Source: an uncultured Clostridia bacterium (GTDB taxonomy: Bacteria; Bacillota; Clostridia; Christensenellales; UBA3700). From it: DNA of 64,000 nucleotides. The notes beneath the pieces are model-generated. The model searched no databases. It had not been told where the DNA came from and worked only from the letters and a program-made list of their open reading frames with translations. Location: NCBI GenBank assembly GCA_945872615.1, contig CAMBZZ010000005.1:10855-74854 (forward strand), read 5' to 3'. Made by a program: the position numbers and the translations under genes. This document shows, one piece after another, positions 1 through 9,291 of the stretch. Position 1 is the first letter of the stretch; every line of letters starts with the position of its first letter.

Positions 1-1525
1 CGTCGTGTACCGCTTGATTTTGCACTACTTGATTTTGTGCGGTTTGATTGTTGTTTCTAATCGCGCCGAAGTCAGGCTTGAGGCTTTGATAAGGGAAGTT
101 GACTGGGGTCTCCTCAACCTCTTTGGCACCGCTGTTGCTTTGAGCCTTTTGCTCCGCCTCACGCTGTCTTTGGGCTTGTCGCTCTTTGAGCTGTCTCAAT
201 CTCTCGGCTCTTGCCTTCTTTTCTTCGTCTTCTCGGGCTTGTTGCTCTGTCTGCTCGGGTTGTTCGCAAGGCTTTATCTCATCGTCTTGAGGTTGCATCG
301 AAGCGTTGTCGTCAACGATAGCTTGAGCATCGTAGGCTGCGTCTTGCTTAGTTTCGTCAGCCTTATCCCTATCGTCCGCATCGTTGTCTCTATACTCTTG
401 CAAGCCTTGGTTGAGGGCGTTTTCTATCTCTTGCATAAAGTCGGACTTTTCGTCCTCTCCCTTCTCTTGCGAATCATCAGCCGAGTTGTTGACGCCCATA
501 TGGTTGATGATTTGTTGCATGCGATAGTTGCTACAATAAGGTTTGTAGCGCTCGTCGATTTCTTGAGGTTGCCGAGGCTCGGATTGTTCTTCTTGGATAG
601 GCTGCTTAGGCACGACGTTGTTCTTAGCGCCGTACCTTGTCGAAGGGTCAACCGTCAAACTGCCCCTATATTGAGGAGCTGCCGGCATTGCGCCGTCATT
701 GTACCAAAAGTCAAGCACCGCTTGTCTTTCGGCGTCGACGCTGTTTTTTACTTCTTGCGGATTGAGTATGGTGCCGTCTTCGTCAAAGGTATCTCCGCTC
801 TCTTCGTCGTTGAGGTCGACTTTCTCCAAAGGCTCGTATTCCAACGGTCGATTGCTTCCCAAATAGCCTTTGCCTATATTGTTGGACAAACTCTTGCCGC
901 TGACCGTGCCGTTGTATAATTCTCTCTTTTTCGAGCTATCCTGACTTGCACCGTCAACCGATTGTCCCTCGGAGGCTTTGCTCGACTTGGAAAATACTCT
1001 TACTTTGTCTGTACGCGAAGGGAAAATCAACTCGCTGTTGATATTGACGACTATAGCCATTGCCACGAGCCCCGCCAAAAACAAACTGAGTATAATCATT
1101 GCAAAAACGTAGGCTTTGCACATAGGATACGCAACTAGCGCTCCCAACCAACCGGCAGGCGTGTCTGCCGACTTGAAACACGAGTCGATATACGTCGAAT
1201 ATCCCGCTGCGGACAAATGTTTGGTCAACGAAACGTGACATATCATAATGACTACGGCAGCGATGAGTATATAGCAAACTCTTGCGCCGAAATTTGCCCT
1301 CGGTCTTTTGCCGAAAATCAAAAGCAACCCCCACACGAGGGTAGCCAAAGTATAGCCGTAAACGGCATAGCCGAATACGCCCACGAAAAAGTCTCTAACG
1401 TAAGCGCCCGCCCTACCGAATACTCCTACCAAAATACAAAACAATAAAAGCGCCAGACCCGATACCATCAGTCCGTTGAAAATTCTATTGGAACGGCTTT
1501 GCTTTTCCGTTGAATCTTTGCTCAC
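1..1525 (-). CDS. ftsK: DNA translocase FtsK/SpoIIIE, N-terminal part (runs off window start)
   Basis: Not in ORF track because it has no stop in the window. SD AAGGAG then GTG at 1525 gives MSKDSTEKQSRSNRIFNGLMVSGLALLLFCILVGVFGRAGAYVRDFFVGVFGYAVYGY (FtsK-like multi-TM N-terminus), followed by a long Q/E/D-rich linker. It sits downstream of pnp/deacetylase/M16 as in Bacillota. The motor domain is not visible. Confidence 0.7.
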   Translation of the reverse strand, partial: MSKDSTEKQSRSNRIFNGLMVSGLALLLFCILVGVFGRAGAYVRDFFVGVFGYAVYGYTLATLVWGLLLIFGKRPRANFGARVCYILIAAVVIMICHVSLTKHLSAAGYSTYIDSCFKSADTPAGWLGALVAYPMCKAYVFAMIILSLFLAGLVAMAIVVNINSELIFPSRTDKVRVFSKSSKASEGQSVDGASQDSSKKRELYNGTVSGKSLSNNIGKGYLGSNRPLEYEPLEKVDLNDEESGDTFDEDGTILNPQEVKNSVDAERQAVLDFWYNDGAMPAAPQYRGSLTVDPSTRYGAKNNVVPKQPIQEEQSEPRQPQEIDERYKPYCSNYRMQQIINHMGVNNSADDSQEKGEDEKSDFMQEIENALNQGLQEYRDNDADDRDKADETKQDAAYDAQAIVDDNASMQPQDDEIKPCEQPEQTEQQAREDEEKKARAERLRQLKERQAQRQREAEQKAQSNSGAKEVEETPVNFPYQSLKPDFGAIRNNNQTAQNQVVQNQAVHD

Positions 1526-1562
1526 TCGACGTTCTCCTTATAGTTGAAGATGGTCATAATTG

Positions 1563-1591
1563 ATTATAGCACAAATGATAACGATTTACAA
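1563..1591 (-). promoter_or_regulatory. sigma-A type promoter for ftsK
   Basis: TTGTAA-17bp-TATAAT with extended -10 (TGcTATAAT). Confidence 0.6.
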
Positions 1592-1710
1592 TATAATATA
1601 AAAAATAAACTAAATTAAATAATGCGTTTTGTCCCAGTACATCGTTATTTTGCAATAAAAATGCCGCACCCCGACGGAATACGGCATCAAAATCTTTTTT
1701 ACCAAAAATA

Positions 1711-2970
1711 TTATCGCAAACAATCAAGCAAGTCCTCGTCCACCTTTTGACCGACGTAACTAACCACCGCCTTGGACAAGTCGTAGCAGTCGTCAATAAC
1801 TTGCGCCACGTCGTCCATAGTAACGCCCTCGATAATTTCGATTTGTTGGTCAATATCGAATAGGCGATCGGTGTATAGCGCGTGCTTGGCAAGCACTCTC
1901 ATCTGGGCGGACGTGCTCTCTTGTCCGAGAACGTAGGCGCTCTTTAGTTGTCTAATACCCTTTTGCAATTCCGCCTCTGTAAGGTACGTCTTTCTTACTT
2001 CGTCAATCAACTTTTTGACGGCTTGCAAAGATTTGCACACCGAAGAGGGATTGGTACCTATATAAATAGTTGTTACGCCGTTGTTGATATAGGTAGAAGG
2101 ATAACTGTACACGTTGTATGCAAGACCTTGCTTTTCTCTAATCTCTTGAAATAGCCTACTGCTCATGCCGCCGCCAACTATATTGTTGACGAGCATCATT
2201 GCCATAGACAGCGGGTTGTCGTACTCGTATGCGGGCATTGCAATAGCAATATTGGATTGCTCTATATCTTTGAACTTGGAGACGTAACTGCTAGTAGGAG
2301 TATGCCTCTTATCCGTCCACACCCTATCCTTGTTGCAAGCGAATTTGCCTTCAAAATACTCCTGCACCATAGCTTTAGCCTTTTGAGCGTCGATATTACC
2401 CACGATTGAGATAACTACGTCGTCCGCCACGTAGTTGGCTCGGATATAGTTGATTAGATCTTGTCTACTAAAGTTCTTGACGTTGTTTCTCGGTCCCAAA
2501 ATCGGCATTGCCAAAGTATTGCCGTCAAAATACGCCGTAGAAAGATTTTCGAGTACCAAGTCGGCGTTGTCGTCCTCGCTCATTGCAATCTCTTCGAGCA
2601 CCACGCCCTTTTCTCTCTCCATTTCTTCTTGCGGATAGGTCGAATTGAGAACGATGTCGCTGAGCACTCTAAGGCAATCTTCCGCCACGTCGTCCACGCT
2701 GATAGTGTAATAACACGTCATTTGCTTGGAAGTAAAGGCGTTGATTTGCGCGCCCATACCGTCTATCTCGTCAACTATCTCAAAAGCACTGCGAGTTGCC
2801 GTGCCTTTGAAGGTCATATGCTCGATAAAGTGCGATATACCGTTGTTGGATAGATTCTCGTTGTTACTGCCGCAACCCACGGCGACCGCTATGCCGACCG
2901 ACCTTACGCCCGATAGCTTTTTGTAGACCAATCTAAGTCCGCTAGGATATTGATAAATAAAACTATTCAT
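1711..2970 (-). CDS. M16 family zinc peptidase (MPP-beta/insulinase-like)
   Basis: Inverted zincin HFIEH motif, NAFTS and GGGMSSRLFQEIRE motifs; start placed at the second Met (2970), 6 nt after a TATAAT box. Confidence 0.92.
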   Translation of the reverse strand: MNSFIYQYPSGLRLVYKKLSGVRSVGIAVAVGCGSNNENLSNNGISHFIEHMTFKGTATRSAFEIVDEIDGMGAQINAFTSKQMTCYYTISVDDVAEDCLRVLSDIVLNSTYPQEEMEREKGVVLEEIAMSEDDNADLVLENLSTAYFDGNTLAMPILGPRNNVKNFSRQDLINYIRANYVADDVVISIVGNIDAQKAKAMVQEYFEGKFACNKDRVWTDKRHTPTSSYVSKFKDIEQSNIAIAMPAYEYDNPLSMAMMLVNNIVGGGMSSRLFQEIREKQGLAYNVYSYPSTYINNGVTTIYIGTNPSSVCKSLQAVKKLIDEVRKTYLTEAELQKGIRQLKSAYVLGQESTSAQMRVLAKHALYTDRLFDIDQQIEIIEGVTMDDVAQVIDDCYDLSKAVVSYVGQKVDEDLLDCLR

Positions 2971-2976
2971 AACCAT

Positions 2977-3005
2977 ATTATAGATTATTATCTAGCTTTT
3001 GTAAA
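2977..3005 (-). promoter_or_regulatory. sigma-A promoter, probably leaderless mRNA for M16 peptidase
   Basis: TTTACA-17bp-TATAAT-6nt-ATG, no SD. Confidence 0.55.
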
Positions 3006-3016
3006 GTCAACCAAGT

Positions 3017-3751
3017 CTATACGTTGTTTTTTTGGATTATTTGGCTGACGGTGACTGCTTGGAGACCTTGACTTGAATAGTATTGGAATATATCGGGCAA
3101 AGCCTCCAAAGTGTGCTTGGTAGGATGTGCCAAAATCATATCTCCGGCACTTACGTTTTTGGTGGCTCTCTGATACACCAACGAAGCGTCCTTGTCACGC
3201 CAATCTATGGTATCTTTTGACCACATAATCACCGTCATGTCTAGGCTTTTAGCCGCCTTGAGAGTTGATTCGCCAAAGCTACCCGACGGCGGTGCAAAGA
3301 GCTTGATTGAGTAACCGCTGACAGCCAAAACCAGACTGTTGGTGGCTTTGATTTCGCTGAGATTTCCCTCTAAGCTCAACTTTTTGTGATCCTTGTGAAA
3401 ATAACCGTGATTGCCTATCTCATGCCCTTCGTCAATTATTTTTTTGAGTAAATCGTTGTTGTCGTCAACCCAACTACCACCGACGAAAAAAGTGCATTTG
3501 ACGCCGTATTTTTTCATCACTTCGAGCATCGGCTCGATAAATTCCGTACCCCAATACACGTTGATCATCAAAGCCACTTCGTTCCGAGTGCTTTCACCGC
3601 GATAATACGGCGCTTCGACGTCGCCAGAAAATGCAAAAATAGAATTATATCCGCTAAAACTCGTCACCGCGACTATCGCTAGCATCGCGATAATTATTAC
3701 GTTGGTGAGTATACTCGTCAATCTAATGCCCGCTATTTTGAACTTTTTCAT
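3017..3751 (-). CDS. Polysaccharide deacetylase (NodB/CE4; YlxY-like, sporulation associated)
   Basis: N-terminal TM helix, CTFFVGG, GHEIGNHGYFH, FAPPSG and WSKDTIDW motifs; pnp-ylxY-M16 synteny. Confidence 0.88.
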   Translation of the reverse strand: MKKFKIAGIRLTSILTNVIIIAMLAIVAVTSFSGYNSIFAFSGDVEAPYYRGESTRNEVALMINVYWGTEFIEPMLEVMKKYGVKCTFFVGGSWVDDNNDLLKKIIDEGHEIGNHGYFHKDHKKLSLEGNLSEIKATNSLVLAVSGYSIKLFAPPSGSFGESTLKAAKSLDMTVIMWSKDTIDWRDKDASLVYQRATKNVSAGDMILAHPTKHTLEALPDIFQYYSSQGLQAVTVSQIIQKNNV

Positions 3752-3756
3752 ACCTA

Positions 3757-3785
3757 ATTGTATTCTTCGAGCAGGCGATATATGA
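3757..3785 (-). promoter_or_regulatory. sigma-E-like sporulation promoter
   Basis: tcATA-16bp-AATACAAT, 5 nt before ATG; matches the ATA-N16/18-cATAcanT consensus. Confidence 0.5.
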
Positions 3786-3864
3786 TAGTGACCTTATATA
3801 ATGGCAAATGAGTTAAGTTGCTTGACGAAAGTTGGACGTATAATATAGTTTTTGAAAATTTGCC

Positions 3865-3894
3865 AAAAAAAATCACGCCGCATAGGCGGCGTGA
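3865..3894 (-). terminator. Intrinsic terminator after pnp
   Basis: TCACGCCGC-atag-GCGGCGTGA stem followed by a U8 tract on the minus strand. Confidence 0.85.
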
Positions 3895-3910
3895 CGTTGG
3901 CTAATCAACC

Positions 3911-5995
3911 TTACTTGATTACTTCGAGAAGTTTGAGCGCAATGCCCTTTTCGTTGATGTCGATGACTTGTACTTTTACTTTGTCGCCGATAGCAACCAC
4001 GTCTTCTACCTTTTCTACTCTCTCTTTCTTAAGTTTGGAGATATGAATCATAGCGTCCTTACCCGGAGCAAGTTGTACGAATGCGCCGAAGTTCATAATT
4101 CTAACGACTTCGCCTTCGAGTATCGTACCTACTTCAGGGTCGTTGACGATGAGTTCGATGATAGACTTAGCCTTTTGGATAGCGTCCATATCGTCGCTGG
4201 ATACGAATACGTCGCCAAAGTCGCTGATGTCAATCTTAACGCCCGTATCTTCGATAATCTTGTTGATGACTTTGCCTTGCTTGCCTACAACGTCACCTAT
4301 CTTGTCAGGGTTGATGTTGAAGGAAACAATCTTAGGAGCGAACTTGGAGAGTTCCTTTCTTGGCTCAGGCAAAACGGCGAGCATCTTGTCGAGAATCTCA
4401 AGTCTGCCGACTCTAGCCTGTGCCAAAGCTTTGCGCAAAATCTCTTCGTTGATACCTTTGATTTTGATGTCCATTTGGATAGCGGTGATACCGTCTTTGG
4501 TACCTGCTACCTTGAAGTCCATATCGCCGAGGAAGTCCTCAAGTCCTTGAATATCCGTCAAAACAGATACTTTGGACTTGTCTTCGTTGCTGATAAGTCC
4601 CATTGCAACGCCCGCTACAGGCTTTTTGATAGGCACGCCCGCGTCCATAAGAGCAAGGGTGCTACCGCACACGCTGGCTTGGGAAGTAGAGCCGTTGGAG
4701 CTGAGAACTTCGCTGACCGTGCGGATTGCGTATGGGAATACGTCTTCGGACGGAAGAACAGGCTCGAGAGCTCTCTCTGCGAGTGCGCCGTGACCGATTT
4801 CTCTTCTTCCCGGGCTCTTGGCAGGTTTTGCCTCGCCTACGCTGTATGGTGGGAAGTTGTAGTGGTGAATATATCTCTTGCATACTTCGTCGTCGATACC
4901 TTCGAGTTTTTGAACTTCGGAGATAGTGCCGAGGGTGCAGCAAGTGAGAACTTGAGTCTGACCGCGAGTAAATACGCCCGTGCCGTGTACTCTTGGCAAA
5001 ACGCCTACTTCACACCAGATAGGTCTGATTTCCGTCAAAGCTCTGCCGTCAGGTCTGATACCTTCGTTGAGAATCTTAGCTCTAACCTTAGCTTTCTTCA
5101 TAGCGTACAAGGTCTCGCCGATGTCCTTTTTACCGTCAGGGAAAACCTCTGCAAAGTGAGCGTAAACGTCCTCGTCAAGGGCTTCTTCTGCCTTTTCTCT
5201 TGCTTGACGGTCGTAGTTTTCGAGTACGGCGTCCATCTTAGCGTCTGCATATTCTTTGACTGCAGAAGCAATCTCCGGAGCAGGTGCGTAGAGAGTTGGA
5301 ACGAACTTCTCTTTACCGATTTCTTTTTGGATAGACTCTATCCAAGCAACTATCTTTTTGATTTCTTCGTGACCGAACAAAATAGCGCCGATCATCTCTT
5401 CTTCCGTCAATTCGTTGGCACCCGCTTCTACCATCAAGATAGCTTCCTTAGTACCGCTGAGGCTGAGGTGAAGTCTGCTTCTGTCTCTTTGCTCACTGGT
5501 TGGGTTGATGACGTACTGTCCGTCAACGTAGCCCACGATTACCGAACCCGTAGGTCCTGCAAACGGAATATCGCTGATGCTGAGCGCGATAGAGCTACCG
5601 AGCATAGCGTATACTTCAGGCGGATAATTGGTATCTACCGACAAGCAAGTAGCCGTCACGCAAACGTCGTTGTAAAATCCCTTAGGGAAAAGCGGACGCA
5701 AAGGTCTGTCGATAAGTCTCGATACGAGAATTGCCTTGTCGCTAGGTCTTCCCTCTCTCTTCTTGAAGCCGCCTGGAATCTTACCTACCGAATACATCTT
5801 CTCTTCAAAGTCGCATCCGAGTGGGAAAAAGTCGATTCCGTCTCTCTGTGTCTTTGCCATCGTAGCGTTGACCATAACCGCAGTATCGTTGCAACGAACG
5901 ATGCAACTGCCGTTGGCTTGTCCGCAATACGCACCCGTCTCTACGGTAACTTCTCTACCGCCGATGGTCGTGCTGAAAATCTTTCTGTCTTTCAT
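3911..5995 (-). CDS. pnp: Polyribonucleotide nucleotidyltransferase (PNPase)
   Basis: GKIPGGFKKREG, FTRGQTQ, RREIGHGALAERA and SSNGSTSQAS motifs, KH and S1 domains; downstream of rpsO. Confidence 0.99.
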   Translation of the reverse strand: MKDRKIFSTTIGGREVTVETGAYCGQANGSCIVRCNDTAVMVNATMAKTQRDGIDFFPLGCDFEEKMYSVGKIPGGFKKREGRPSDKAILVSRLIDRPLRPLFPKGFYNDVCVTATCLSVDTNYPPEVYAMLGSSIALSISDIPFAGPTGSVIVGYVDGQYVINPTSEQRDRSRLHLSLSGTKEAILMVEAGANELTEEEMIGAILFGHEEIKKIVAWIESIQKEIGKEKFVPTLYAPAPEIASAVKEYADAKMDAVLENYDRQAREKAEEALDEDVYAHFAEVFPDGKKDIGETLYAMKKAKVRAKILNEGIRPDGRALTEIRPIWCEVGVLPRVHGTGVFTRGQTQVLTCCTLGTISEVQKLEGIDDEVCKRYIHHYNFPPYSVGEAKPAKSPGRREIGHGALAERALEPVLPSEDVFPYAIRTVSEVLSSNGSTSQASVCGSTLALMDAGVPIKKPVAGVAMGLISNEDKSKVSVLTDIQGLEDFLGDMDFKVAGTKDGITAIQMDIKIKGINEEILRKALAQARVGRLEILDKMLAVLPEPRKELSKFAPKIVSFNINPDKIGDVVGKQGKVINKIIEDTGVKIDISDFGDVFVSSDDMDAIQKAKSIIELIVNDPEVGTILEGEVVRIMNFGAFVQLAPGKDAMIHISKLKKERVEKVEDVVAIGDKVKVQVIDINEKGIALKLLEVIK

Positions 5996-6054
5996 TACTA
6001 ACCTCCAATTTAGCTTTTGATAATATCTTCTATTTTATTATAACTAATTTTTAT

Positions 6055-6090
6055 AAAATGAGAGCGTTGAAATAAACGCTCTCATGTTTT
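6055..6090 (-). terminator. Hairpin/terminator between rpsO and pnp
   Basis: ATGAGAGCGTT...AACGCTCTCAT inverted repeat with T/A tracts on both sides. Confidence 0.75.
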
Positions 6091-6357
6091 TTACTTACGC
6101 AAACCGAGTTTTGCTATAAGATTACGATAACGCTCGATGTCGGTCTTCTTGAGATATGCAAGCAAGTTTCTTCTCTTACCTACCATTCTCAACAAGCCTC
6201 TTCTTGAGTGGAAGTCCTTTGCGTTGGTGGCAAAGTGTTCGTTGAGATGTTCGATTCTTGCGGTAAGAAGCGCGATTTGAACTTCCGGGGAACCCGTATC
6301 CCCTTCGGTTAGAGCGTATTGCTCGATGATTTGTTGTTTCGTAAGATTGTTTTCCAT
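6091..6357 (-). CDS. rpsO: 30S ribosomal protein S15
   Basis: [22 protein letters not shown]; start moved to MENNL (SD AAGGAG). Confidence 0.99.
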   Translation of the reverse strand: MENNLTKQQIIEQYALTEGDTGSPEVQIALLTARIEHLNEHFATNAKDFHSRRGLLRMVGKRRNLLAYLKKTDIERYRNLIAKLGLRK

Positions 6358-6369
6358 ATTTGACTCCTT

Positions 6370-6432
6370 GAGTTTTATTTGCCCTAAACCAAGCATAACA
6401 TCGGAAAATTGTTAAACCTCGCACAGGGTACG
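6370..6432 (-). promoter_or_regulatory. Probable S15 autoregulatory leader RNA
   Basis: Lies between a TTGCCA-17-TAAGAT promoter (6438-6466) and rpsO; imperfect CCCT...AGGG closing stem resembles Bacillota S15 leaders. Confidence 0.45.
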
Positions 6433-6741
6433 GTAGTATCTTAGCACAATAAAAATTTCTTGGCAACTGTTTGAAAGGTATTTATTAAATAAATATCTAT
6501 ACCTAGTCTTTATCGGTTAGCATTGCATCACTTGCATTACTCGTGGTGCTCACAACAAGGCTTCGTCGCTAAAATATCGTCGTAGCAAAATTATTTTTTG
6601 CCTTTTGAGACGAGTTTATGCAAAAAGCCTTAACTCCACTTGCAGCACGCACGTAATACTCCGATATGGCACGGTCGCAGAATCGTGTGCGACGTAGGCT
6701 TACGACGAGAGTGGCAAAATTAAGTATGCAACGACTATAGT

Positions 6742-8190
6742 TTAAGAGTTGAACTTTTCTTCAAAAAACTCCCTTCTCTTGAGCATATTATCCTCTCCTC
6801 GCTCGAGATACACGTCTAACCCCTTTGGGTTGGCTAGCCTTTCTAAACGCTTTTGGTCAAGGTAAACGGCTTTGGATATTCCGCCAGCGCCGCAAGCAAC
6901 GACGTCGTGAGTTTCTTCCATTATGTCGATATTGTAGATACACTCCTTGCCCGCCTTGCAATAGCCGATATTCTCTAAGTTACCGCTCATATACTTTTGC
7001 TTGTACATATAGTACGGCATGTAGCCGTGACCGATAAGCGTCTCGATACTATAGTTGACCATATTCTCGGCAAGATCGGCGTCGGTCTTGTTGTCATAGC
7101 CGTCGAGTTTTAGAGCCGAGCCTCGCTTGATAGCCAAAGTATGTACGGTAATATTGTCGGGGTCGAGAGCAACGGCACTGTCCACCGAACGTCGAAAATC
7201 TTCAAAGTCCTCGTTAGGTAGCATGGCAATCAAGTCCATATTGACGTCAAAGCCCATATTTTTGGCAATTTCATAAATCTTATAAATATCGTCTACTGTG
7301 TGTTTTCTGCCTATTTCGTCTAGAGTTTTTTGATTGAAGGTCTGCGGATTGACGGAAATTCTACCTACGCCAAAGTCTTTGAAAACTTGAAGTTTTGTTC
7401 GATCAATCGTATCGGGTCTACCCGCCTCTACGGTAAATTCTCTAAACTCAACCTTGTCGAGCGGGGACAAAACTCTTTGTAGCTGCTCGGCAGTCAAAGA
7501 CGTAGGCGTACCTCCACCCACGTAAATGGACCTAATCTTTTTGCCCGCTTTGCTAAGCATATCTACCGCGTCCGCTACGTCTCTATGTAACAAGTCGCAA
7601 TATGGCTCGACGGATTTGGATATTTTGGATAGCTCAGCCGACAAAAAAGAACAATATACACACCTCGAAACACATATCGGTATATTGATGAATAAGTCAG
7701 CCATGTCGGTATCGGTGCAATATACCCCTCGTTGATTGTGGCAAATACTACTTATCAAGTCGGCTTTGGCGGGACTAACCGACAGAATGTCGGTAAAATA
7801 TTTTTCGGCGTCGATTCCTCGCGCCGTCAGGTCGTGAAAAAGTTTGGTCGGACGTATCCCCGTGAGAGAGCCGTACGGCAAAGACACCCCCGTCTTTGCT
7901 TGCAAATATTGGTACAATGCGATTTTAGCGTGACGCTTAATATCACTCTTTTGACGTACATAATCGGCATTTTGTTCTAAATTAATGGTATTTTTAGAAC
8001 AATATAGCGGGTTTTGATAATCTTTGATTATACATTGATAAGTATTGGAGCCTAGTTGATCGATTGAAAGGCTTACCTTATCGCCATCTCGTTCTATGAC
8101 AACGTAAGGGTAATACGCCCTCAAAAGCTCCATAAAATCGTTGAGAAATTCTTCTCTATCGGTGGTAAAGTTGATACTGATATTAGTCAT
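6742..8190 (-). CDS. hemZ: Radical SAM coproporphyrinogen oxidase-like protein HemZ
   Basis: PYGSLTGIRPTK, CxxxCxxC (CVSRCVYC), GGGTPT and EAGRPD motifs; relA-dtd-MBL-hemZ synteny. Confidence 0.92.
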   Translation of the reverse strand: MTNISINFTTDREEFLNDFMELLRAYYPYVVIERDGDKVSLSIDQLGSNTYQCIIKDYQNPLYCSKNTINLEQNADYVRQKSDIKRHAKIALYQYLQAKTGVSLPYGSLTGIRPTKLFHDLTARGIDAEKYFTDILSVSPAKADLISSICHNQRGVYCTDTDMADLFINIPICVSRCVYCSFLSAELSKISKSVEPYCDLLHRDVADAVDMLSKAGKKIRSIYVGGGTPTSLTAEQLQRVLSPLDKVEFREFTVEAGRPDTIDRTKLQVFKDFGVGRISVNPQTFNQKTLDEIGRKHTVDDIYKIYEIAKNMGFDVNMDLIAMLPNEDFEDFRRSVDSAVALDPDNITVHTLAIKRGSALKLDGYDNKTDADLAENMVNYSIETLIGHGYMPYYMYKQKYMSGNLENIGYCKAGKECIYNIDIMEETHDVVACGAGGISKAVYLDQKRLERLANPKGLDVYLERGEDNMLKRREFFEEKFNS

Positions 8191-8836
8191 AGAATATTGG
8201 ATTATTGTTGCGCTCGTAGGCGCTAGTCGTGCACTCGCCGTGTCCCGTCAAAAGCAAAATATCACCTTGCAAACCGAGAATTTTGGTTATAGATAGTCTG
8301 AGCGTATCGAAGTCACCGTCGGGAAAATCCGTCCTACCGTAACTGTCTCTAAAAATAGTATCGCCGCAAAACATCACCTTATCGTAATGCTTTCCTCGGT
8401 ACGACGCGTCTTCGCAAAGATAGCACACTCCCCCTCTGCTGTGTCCCGCAGTTGTCATAACTTGAATATTAGTCCCTGCAATCGACAAGTTTTGCCCGTC
8501 CTCTACGTAGACGTCTATAGTAAACTGCCGTGTAGTGATATTGAGCATAGTTGCAAGATAGTTGTTTTGATTGGCAATCTTGCTCTCGTCTTGTCTGTTC
8601 ATATATACTCTGGCGCCATCGCTCTGTAACTTGGCAACCGAGCCGATATGGTCAAAGTGTCCGTGCGTGACTAAAACTGCCTCTAAATCGACGTTATTAG
8701 CCGTCAAACACTCTTTGATAGCCTCGTAGCCGTCGCTTGGGTCAACGACAAAGCCTTGCTTACTCTTTTCGTCAAAAACAATATAGGTATTGGTGTCAAA
8801 AACTCCCGAAACTATAGTATCAATGGTAAGCGACAT
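8183..8836 (-). CDS. MBL-fold metallo-hydrolase (glyoxalase II-like)
   Basis: THGHFDH, GHS, GDT and GHG motifs. Confidence 0.92.
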   Translation of the reverse strand: MSLTIDTIVSGVFDTNTYIVFDEKSKQGFVVDPSDGYEAIKECLTANNVDLEAVLVTHGHFDHIGSVAKLQSDGARVYMNRQDESKIANQNNYLATMLNITTRQFTIDVYVEDGQNLSIAGTNIQVMTTAGHSRGGVCYLCEDASYRGKHYDKVMFCGDTIFRDSYGRTDFPDGDFDTLRLSITKILGLQGDILLLTGHGECTTSAYERNNNPIFYD

Positions 8837-8838
8837 AT

Positions 8839-9291
8839 TTATTCCTTTTTTGCATTCTTTTCCAAAAACAAAGTAACCGGTCCGTCATTGGACATATCTA
8901 TGTGCATATGCTCGCCGAATACTCCCGTTGCTACCTTGCCGAGCTTAGTTCTAAACTCCTCTACGGTAAGATTGTAAAGAGGTAATGCCTCGTCAAAATG
9001 CAACGACCTCTTGAAGTCGGGACGTCTATTAGAAAAGCAATCGCCGTAAAGCGTAAAATTGGACACGACCATCACTTCTCCGCCAACGTCTTCCATAGTT
9101 TTGTTTAGTTTACCGTTTTCGTCCCTAAAAACGCGCATTCCTACCACTCTATCAACCATATATTTGACGATTTTTTCGTCGTCACCTTGGGTATAACCAA
9201 CCAAAACCAGGTAGCCCGTACCTATGGAAGATATTATCTTGTCGTCGACGCTCAAAGTTGCGTTGTTTACTCTCTGCACAATAGCTCTCAT
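8839..9291 (-). CDS. dtd: D-aminoacyl-tRNA deacylase
   Basis: MRAIVQRV start, SNFTL, NDGPVT. Confidence 0.97.
   Translation of the reverse strand: MRAIVQRVNNATLSVDDKIISSIGTGYLVLVGYTQGDDEKIVKYMVDRVVGMRVFRDENGKLNKTMEDVGGEVMVVSNFTLYGDCFSNRRPDFKRSLHFDEALPLYNLTVEEFRTKLGKVATGVFGEHMHIDMSNDGPVTLFLEKNAKKE

Noticed and set aside
5-919. 304-aa hydrophobic + strand ORF
   Set aside because: In-register antisense shadow of the hydrophilic FtsK linker on the minus strand; no SD and no recognisable family.
3968-6001. 677-aa + strand ORF antisense to pnp
   Set aside because: Codon-register mirror of a highly conserved gene; no motifs. The same reasoning applies to 15559-16287, 25399-26103, 28541-29263, 29540-30370, 47221-47994, 58148-58876 and 61879-62868.
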